64,000 nt of DNA from an uncultured Thiotrichales bacterium (GTDB taxonomy: Bacteria; Pseudomonadota; Gammaproteobacteria; CAZUMV01), in assembly GCA_938042355.1 (NCBI GenBank), contig CALIRD010000099.1, positions 6-64,005 of the forward strand. The letters are read 5' to 3'. The notes beneath the pieces are model-generated. The model saw only the letters and a program-made list of their open reading frames with translations. It did no database searches and was not told where the DNA came from. Positions 58,397 through 64,000 of the stretch are shown piece by piece. Position 1 is the first letter of the stretch; each line of letters starts with the position of its first letter. A program made the translations under genes and the position numbers.

Positions 58397-59446
58397 TCAG
58401 GCAGGTTTTACAGCGGTGGTCAGTGACAGGAATGTCGGTGTCGGTGCCTGTTCAATCTCGTCAAAGCCTGCTGCTTTTATCAGTCCGGGAAAATCTGATT
58501 CTACAAAAGCTGGAGCATAAGGTTCGCAGTTGTATTGAGCGTCAAATTTTTGCCACATGCGATTGGCGGCTGGCAAGCTCGTACCCAGTGGAGCATCAAC
58601 GATGGTCAAGGTGCCGCCGGGGCGCAATACTCGCATCGCTTCTTCGAGAATGGGTGCGAAGGTATGCTCCGGTGTTTCGTGAAACAGTATGTAGGCGAAG
58701 ACGGCGTCGAAACTGCTGTCTTCTTGCGGCAGGTTCTCAGCCAGTGCCTGTTGAAAATGCACTTCTGACTGTTGTTCATTGGCGCGATAGTTTGCATAAC
58801 GTAACAAGGGAAGAGCTACATCAACACCCCAGATGTCAGCCTCTGGATAGGCGTCTTTGAACGCCGTGGTGCACTGTCCAATCGAGCAACCTAGATCGAG
58901 TATGCGCGTTACTTTGCCGTCAGCAGGTTGCCTGAGCATATCTACATAAAGCTTGTGTAGCTCATCGTTATCGTTCATGCCCTGATAAAAGACGCGGGTA
59001 CCGTGCTCAAATATGAAACCTGCCAGGTCATCTTTACAATAGCCACCCGGTTGCAAGTGTATGTCATAACAGGCGGAATCAGGAACATGAAAATCTTTAT
59101 CGTAATGCAGTCGTCCGGTCGCGGCTTCTGCCTGGTCGAGCATAGCTAGATGCTTTTCCTGATCGGCATGATAGCTGTCTCGCAGCTTGTTCCAGGTGAG
59201 CGCTTGTTGTGAACGCATCATTCTTTTCCATGAGCCGATGCGTGGTATGTCATCAACCATGTCGCTTATTTCCAGGTAATCTGAATCAGCCTTTCCTGAA
59301 GCTTCGACGGTGGTGTTGATTTTTTCTGCCAGTTCAGGAAACCAGTCTACAATGACAAAATTTCGCACCGACATCAGGTAGTCAAGGTAACTTTGATCTT
59401 CCGTTGTTGCTGGCTTGGTGACGCTTTCAAGACCATTTGCTGACAT
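58397..59446 (-). CDS. Class-I SAM-dependent methyltransferase with N-terminal extension (paralog MT4)
   Basis: RILDLGCSIGQCT. WGVDVA. QEDSSFDAVFAYILFHE. RVLRPGG. CEPY. N-terminal QPGGYC. Its stop is 3 nt from the oxidase ATG. Confidence 0.8.
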   Translation of the reverse strand: MSANGLESVTKPATTEDQSYLDYLMSVRNFVIVDWFPELAEKINTTVEASGKADSDYLEISDMVDDIPRIGSWKRMMRSQQALTWNKLRDSYHADQEKHLAMLDQAEAATGRLHYDKDFHVPDSACYDIHLQPGGYCKDDLAGFIFEHGTRVFYQGMNDNDELHKLYVDMLRQPADGKVTRILDLGCSIGQCTTAFKDAYPEADIWGVDVALPLLRYANYRANEQQSEVHFQQALAENLPQEDSSFDAVFAYILFHETPEHTFAPILEEAMRVLRPGGTLTIVDAPLGTSLPAANRMWQKFDAQYNCEPYAPAFVESDFPGLIKAAGFDEIEQAPTPTFLSLTTAVKPA

Positions 59447-59626
59447 ACGAAGTACTCCTGAATATTATTGACGCAATTGCTTAACAAAAAGATTACCCTA
59501 AAATTCGTAAGACGACCAATGTGTACATGGTATGCTGCTATTCACAGATTGTATGGAGTCTGCTGCGCGTAAAGCTAGGATTCCTGCTTAATCTTTCGAA
59601 CAAAACAATACCAAACGAGCAATGCG

Positions 59627-60538
59627 ATGAATTTGCGACAATTAGAGCATTTTGTAGCTGTTTTTGAACAAAAAAACCTGTCTAAAGCAGCCGAGGCCAT
59701 CCCGTTGAGCCAGCCGGCGCTTACCCGCAGTGTGCGAACGCTGGAAGATCAGGTTGGTGTTGAGCTATTCCTGCGTCATGCCCGGGGTGCAACACCTACA
59801 GCCGCTGGCGAACGCTTGTATCATCATGCGAAATCCATTCTTGCAGAATGTGCCCGCGCCAAGCGGGATGCACGACAATCGGACGGTGAAATTGCCGGCA
59901 CCGTAGCAATCGGCATAGGATCATTGTTTGCTTCTCACATCATAGACAATATGATTACGCGCTTTTGCGAGAAGCACCCAAACGCACGCTTGCGTGTCCA
60001 TCAGGGTTTCTTCGAAGATCTGGTTAACTTACTTGAAACAGGTGAGATCGAAGTCGCTTTCAATAATTTGCCGCTGTTGTCCTTACCTGAAAATATGGAA
60101 TTTGAACCGTTACTGCAGGTGCATTCAAGTGTCATCGTTTCTGCTATGCATCCCTTGGCTAACTCCGAAGATGTTGATATCAAGGAGCTCAGTCATGCAA
60201 AGTGGGCGACGGTTTCACAGCCACACGCACTGGAAGTGCTTGACTCATTGTTTATCTCTGAGGGTGTTGCTGCTCCGCAGCCGGCTATTCGAACCAACTC
60301 ACTGACATTAATTAAATCTCTGGTGATGTCTTCTGACTTTGTCTGTTTGTTACCGGATCATTTGTTCTCGGAAGAATTATTGGCAGGAGATGTGGTAAGG
60401 CTACCAACGTCGTCTACACCAGTAACCCGTAGTGCCGGCTTGCTGTTCAAGAAAGACGGCTTCAGACGACCTGTGGCGAACGCCCTGGGTGCCGAGATTC
60501 AGGAAGTTGTTAGTCAACTCAGCGATGTATTAAATTAA
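59627..60538 (+). CDS. LysR-family transcriptional regulator, divergent from the MT4 operon
   Basis: MNLRQLEHFVAVFEQKNLSKAAEAIPLSQPALTRSVRTLE (LysR HTH) plus a substrate-binding domain. Confidence 0.85.
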   Translation: MNLRQLEHFVAVFEQKNLSKAAEAIPLSQPALTRSVRTLEDQVGVELFLRHARGATPTAAGERLYHHAKSILAECARAKRDARQSDGEIAGTVAIGIGSLFASHIIDNMITRFCEKHPNARLRVHQGFFEDLVNLLETGEIEVAFNNLPLLSLPENMEFEPLLQVHSSVIVSAMHPLANSEDVDIKELSHAKWATVSQPHALEVLDSLFISEGVAAPQPAIRTNSLTLIKSLVMSSDFVCLLPDHLFSEELLAGDVVRLPTSSTPVTRSAGLLFKKDGFRRPVANALGAEIQEVVSQLSDVLN

Positions 60539-60873
60539 CTGTTGTCCGGGTTAAATGGCTTGCTTTTAAGGGGTTCAAAAATACGTTTCACATAAGATTC
60601 CAAAGCGGCATCGCGCGTTGCTTTAGCTTCCTCGTCCAACTCAATGTTTTTAAGATCGTCGCTGCTAATCAGATTCTTTTCTTGTAGTAGAGCTTCCAGA
60701 CGGTAGCGATGATCCCGTTCGGTCCACAGTTCAGCACCCAGCGTAACAATGGTTTCCATGAGCTGGTCAATAACGGGGTTGTCCAGAAAGCTTGGCTCGG
60801 AACCTTCAGGAGGTAACTTGATGGACGCTACCTGTTGCTCGGTTAACTCATCGTGTTGCTTAATGTCCGTCAT
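60535..60873 (-). CDS. Small protein 'D' (112 aa from ATG), paralog of A, B and C; function unknown
   Basis: Core LMETIVTLGAELWTERDHRYRLEALLQEKNLISSDDLKNIELDE. ATG at 60873 preferred (the track starts one codon earlier at a GTG). Lies 18 nt downstream of the PhyH gene. Confidence 0.6.
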   Translation of the reverse strand: MTDIKQHDELTEQQVASIKLPPEGSEPSFLDNPVIDQLMETIVTLGAELWTERDHRYRLEALLQEKNLISSDDLKNIELDEEAKATRDAALESYVKRIFEPLKSKPFNPDNS

Positions 60874-60891
60874 CACACTTACTCTTGATTA

Positions 60892-61809
60892 TCAGCTTTT
60901 GCTGGCCTTGAGGCGTTGATTGAATTCTTCGTCTTCGTTGATAGTATCACGACGGGTAGTGCGCCATTGGGTGGCGAAACCTCGTGGATAATGTTCATCT
61001 CCATCTCTACTGCCGTCACTCGCCCACAGTCTGGGGAATAACGTGCCCCCGGGTATTTCACCTTCGATCATTTCATCGAAACTAACACCGGCGATATTGA
61101 GGCAGTCCGGACGAGGTTTCCAGCGTATGTCATCACCAAAAATACGTATAGACAGTGCAATACGCCAGTCATCATCTGTATTGCCATGAGAGTAGTGCAG
61201 TGTCCATGGATGAAGTACCAGCATATCGCCTGGTTCCATATCCCACTGCAGAAACTTGTTATCAGGATCAGCGCGCAACTTGTCACCGTCTGGGTGAGAG
61301 ACACGATCATCTGGTTTAATCATTTGACGGGCATTGGGTGAAAATAGCCAGTAGGGCACGTCCTGATGTTGAGACTCAGCGATACACTCGAGGCAATTTT
61401 CTTTGGAGATAGAGCTCAATGGTATCCAGATAGAGGGCACCATGACCCCCGAGGTTGGCCAACCCATTCGATCACAATGCCAGATGGTGGCATCTGTCGA
61501 GTTTGGTGCTTTGGCGAACATCTCATCAAAGAAAAATGCGGCGGTCTCCGAACCAATCACTCTCGCTGCAGCTTCAGCCATTGAGGACTGAAAGATGAAG
61601 TCACGAAATTCCTGTACGGTGCGAGACATATAGCGACCCGGGTAGGTCGGCAGTAGTCCAACATCCTCATGATCTACCGTAATTCTTTTGGCAACAGGCA
61701 GTAGTTTTTCTGCCCAGGCAGGGTCGAATGCCTGTCGTAAACAAACCACGCCGTCTCGAGCATAGGTCTCAATTTCGTCTTGGGTAATTTCCCTACATAC
61801 TTCTGTCAT
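60892..61809 (-). CDS. Phytanoyl-CoA-dioxygenase (PhyH) family Fe(II)/2-oxoglutarate oxygenase
   Basis: 305 aa. HCDRMGW...PDGD...HPWTLHYSHGN arrangement is consistent with the PhyH HxD...H facial triad. Confidence 0.65.
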   Translation of the reverse strand: MTEVCREITQDEIETYARDGVVCLRQAFDPAWAEKLLPVAKRITVDHEDVGLLPTYPGRYMSRTVQEFRDFIFQSSMAEAAARVIGSETAAFFFDEMFAKAPNSTDATIWHCDRMGWPTSGVMVPSIWIPLSSISKENCLECIAESQHQDVPYWLFSPNARQMIKPDDRVSHPDGDKLRADPDNKFLQWDMEPGDMLVLHPWTLHYSHGNTDDDWRIALSIRIFGDDIRWKPRPDCLNIAGVSFDEMIEGEIPGGTLFPRLWASDGSRDGDEHYPRGFATQWRTTRRDTINEDEEFNQRLKASKS

Positions 61810-61956
61810 CGTAGTTTCCGTAAGTCGTCTGTCTATGAAAGTATTTCTGATGATTACAATATTCTCGTTTCTTGATTGAAAATGCCAATGAGAAAGTGGT
61901 TAATGCGTTATAAGCTTATTGCATGGCGACCGTTTTTCTGACTATGCAAACACCGT

Positions 61957-63519
61957 ATGGCTTGTATAACATCTGGTATTGCAACAACTCAGCCAAGTTG
62001 CGTATATTGCATCTTAAACATCTATCAGGAGTGGCTTATCAGCACTGCAAAAACAGTCTCATCTCGTTTACGTCGCGCTCAGGATCATTTCATTAATGGC
62101 AAGCGAGTTAAAGCAAGCAAGCATAGGGATGTAATAGATCCAGCAACCGAAAAAGTGATCACCAAGGTCGGTCTTGGCGGTAAGCGTGAAATTAATCTCG
62201 CCGTACAGGCAGCACGCAAGGCATTCCCTGCGTGGTCAGTTACCGCGGCGGATGAGCGTACCCGAATAATTTTAAAATATGCAGAGCTGATTGACGAGAA
62301 TCAGGATGTCATTACGGAGCTCGCCATTCGTGATGGAGGGATACCGCGTGCTGTGGCTGAGACCTGTGCATTTTTCTGTGCATTATTTCTTCGTTATTAC
62401 GCTGGTTGGCCAACCAAAATTACCGGGCAGACCTTGCCTTCGACACCTCATGGCAAAGATCCCGCTGACGTACTGGCGTATACCTTGCGAGAACCAATCG
62501 GTGTGGTCGGCGGTATTACGCCTTGGAACTATGCCTTTGGTATGGAGATGCTGAAAATTGCACCAGCACTCGCAACCGGTTGTTGTCTGGTCCTTAAACC
62601 TGCAGAAGAAGCGCCGATCGCAGGATTATTTCTGGCTGAGTTAGCGCATCAGGCCGGTGTGCCTGACGGAGTCTTCAGCGTTGTTAATGGCTTGGGGCAT
62701 CAGGCCGGAGCTGCGCTGGCTGAACACCCTGATGTAGATAAAATCGCATTTACCGGTTCAACCGAGGTGGGGCGTTTAATCGTGCATGCAGCCACCGGTA
62801 ATTTGAAAAAAGTATCACTCGAGTTAGGTGGTAAATCACCCGTATTTGTTTTCCCGGATGCGGATATGGATGTGGCCATACCTGGAGCAGCGATGGCTGG
62901 CTTTGCCATGTCAGGGCAGAATTGTGTCTGCGGCAGTCGTTTATATGTACATGAGGATGTCGCTGATCAAGTAGCAGAGGGCATAGCAGCATTTGCTGCG
63001 CAACTGAGCATGGGGTCTACCCAGAGTGCCAGCTCGGATATCGGGCCGTTGATTTCTGCCAAACAACGGAACCGCGTTGAAAAGATGATCAGGAATGCAA
63101 AAAAGCAGGGCGCCAAACTGGTGTGTGGTGGTGCCCGCGGTAAGGGTAAAGGTTTTTATATTCAGCCAACTTTGTTTGATCATTGCAAGCCGTCGATGGA
63201 GCTGGTCAAGAATGAAGTATTTGGGCCAGTGATTGCGATGCAGCGATTCAGTGACAAGGATGATTTTGAAGCATTGGCCGCGATGGCTAACGACAGCTGC
63301 TATGGACTGTCGGGTAGTGTCTGGACGCGAGACCTGCAAACAGCCATGGTAATGACCAAGGCGATCAATACAGGTCAAATCGGGGTTAACTGTCATGCGG
63401 CAATGGATCCTTCCATGCCATTTGGCGGTACCAAAGAATCAGGTTGGGGCGCGGAATTTGGTGAGGCAGGTATTGAATTGTTCACCAAAGACAAAGCCGT
63501 GACCTTGATGTGGAATTAA
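61957..63519 (+). CDS. Aldehyde dehydrogenase with atypical ~35-aa N-terminal extension
   Basis: ELGGKSPVFVFPDAD and GQNCVCGSRLYV. The only canonical in-frame start is the ATG at 61957. An AGGAG at ~62027 is followed by no ATG, GTG or TTG. Confidence 0.85.
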   Translation: MACITSGIATTQPSCVYCILNIYQEWLISTAKTVSSRLRRAQDHFINGKRVKASKHRDVIDPATEKVITKVGLGGKREINLAVQAARKAFPAWSVTAADERTRIILKYAELIDENQDVITELAIRDGGIPRAVAETCAFFCALFLRYYAGWPTKITGQTLPSTPHGKDPADVLAYTLREPIGVVGGITPWNYAFGMEMLKIAPALATGCCLVLKPAEEAPIAGLFLAELAHQAGVPDGVFSVVNGLGHQAGAALAEHPDVDKIAFTGSTEVGRLIVHAATGNLKKVSLELGGKSPVFVFPDADMDVAIPGAAMAGFAMSGQNCVCGSRLYVHEDVADQVAEGIAAFAAQLSMGSTQSASSDIGPLISAKQRNRVEKMIRNAKKQGAKLVCGGARGKGKGFYIQPTLFDHCKPSMELVKNEVFGPVIAMQRFSDKDDFEALAAMANDSCYGLSGSVWTRDLQTAMVMTKAINTGQIGVNCHAAMDPSMPFGGTKESGWGAEFGEAGIELFTKDKAVTLMWN

Positions 63520-63544
63520 TGCACTTAAACAGGGAATAGTAACC

Positions 63545-64000
63545 ATGAGTCTAGTCTCGATTGGCGATGCTGAAATCTACACCGAAATTCATGGTGAAGG
63601 TGAAGATTTGTTATTGGTTGCTGGCCTGGGTGGTATGGCAACCTTCTGGACGAATCAGGTTGAGTTTTTGTCTCAACACTACCGCGTCATTCTGCATGAT
63701 CATCGCGGTGTGGGTAGGAGTACGCCAGCCCCGATAATTAGTAGTGCAGTTGAAATGGCAGATGACCTGATTGCTCTGATGGAAGCCATGGATATTTCGT
63801 CGGCACACATAGTCGGGCATTCAACCGGTGGAGCTATAGGTCAAAATATCGCGCTTAAACGACCGGAGATGGTCAAGAGTCTGGTGTTAAGCGCCAGCTG
63901 GGCAGGCCCCACACCACTGTTCATTGATACCTTTCGTATGCGCCGCGATGTGTTGATCAATGTTGGCGTGCAGCAATACATGATGGTAGGTAGTTTGCTG
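63545..64000 (+). CDS. Alpha/beta-hydrolase (enol-lactonase / meta-cleavage-product-hydrolase-like), 5' part; continues past window end
   Basis: Translation MSLVSIGDAEIYTEIHGEGEDLLLVAGLGGMATFW...HIVGHSTGGAIG with a GHSTG nucleophile elbow. RBS AGGGAATAG. Open at the window end. Confidence 0.7.
   Translation, partial: MSLVSIGDAEIYTEIHGEGEDLLLVAGLGGMATFWTNQVEFLSQHYRVILHDHRGVGRSTPAPIISSAVEMADDLIALMEAMDISSAHIVGHSTGGAIGQNIALKRPEMVKSLVLSASWAGPTPLFIDTFRMRRDVLINVGVQQYMMVGSLL

Noticed and set aside
26641-60876. Possible relationship of the small proteins to UbiK/BMFP coiled-coil accessory factors
   Set aside because: Only a vague resemblance (amphipathic helix with an L.R.DL/EL...LE pattern). I cannot support homology without a profile search, so they are left as unknown family.
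61944-62100. Alternative-frame 50-aa ORF (MQTPYGLYNIWYCNNSAKL...) upstream of the last ALDH
   Set aside because: Overlaps the ALDH extension in another frame, has no RBS, and is most likely spurious.
1-64000. CRISPR arrays, tRNA or rRNA genes, integrases, transposases, prophage genes
   Set aside because: Scanned intergenic regions and the ORF list: no repeat-spacer periodicity, no tRNA-like T-arm (GTTCGAATC-type) sequences, and no recombinase motifs were found.

Overview
The window is a roughly 47-50% GC gammaproteobacterial chromosomal segment. It looks marine (the large oxygenase, ALDH and transporter complement is the basis), but the exact genus cannot be determined by eye. No tRNA, rRNA, CRISPR, transposase or integrase was seen.

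The first ~24 kb carries ordinary housekeeping and accessory genes. These are a partial aldehyde dehydrogenase, a CN-hydrolase, a GntR regulator, a TonB-dependent receptor, ETF-ubiquinone oxidoreductase followed by a GST and MobA, gamma-glutamyltransferase, a complete tripartite RND efflux operon, FdhD, an M13 metallopeptidase, and a LuxR-type response regulator with a hybrid histidine kinase.

From ~24.9 kb to the end the window becomes a dense oxidative and tailoring gene island. It contains four paralogous class-I SAM methyltransferases that carry a shared N-terminal extension of ~170-200 aa. It also contains four paralogous small proteins of ~90-113 aa with no recognised family. Three of these small genes sit directly behind, or are translationally coupled to, one of the methyltransferases. 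Alongside them are four UbiH/salicylate-hydroxylase-type flavin monooxygenases, one KMO-like monooxygenase, an FAD-linked oxidase, a PhyH-family dioxygenase, four aldehyde dehydrogenases, two tandem beta-lactamase-fold serine hydrolases, a D-aminoacylase-family amidohydrolase, a thioesterase, an ICL/PEPM-family lyase with an FAD oxidoreductase, an alkyl-sulfatase, SSS, GPH and BASS transporters, and IclR and LysR regulators.

The repeated methyltransferase, small-protein and flavin-hydroxylase module is the most unusual feature and appears to be an undescribed hydroxylate-then-methylate tailoring or catabolic system.
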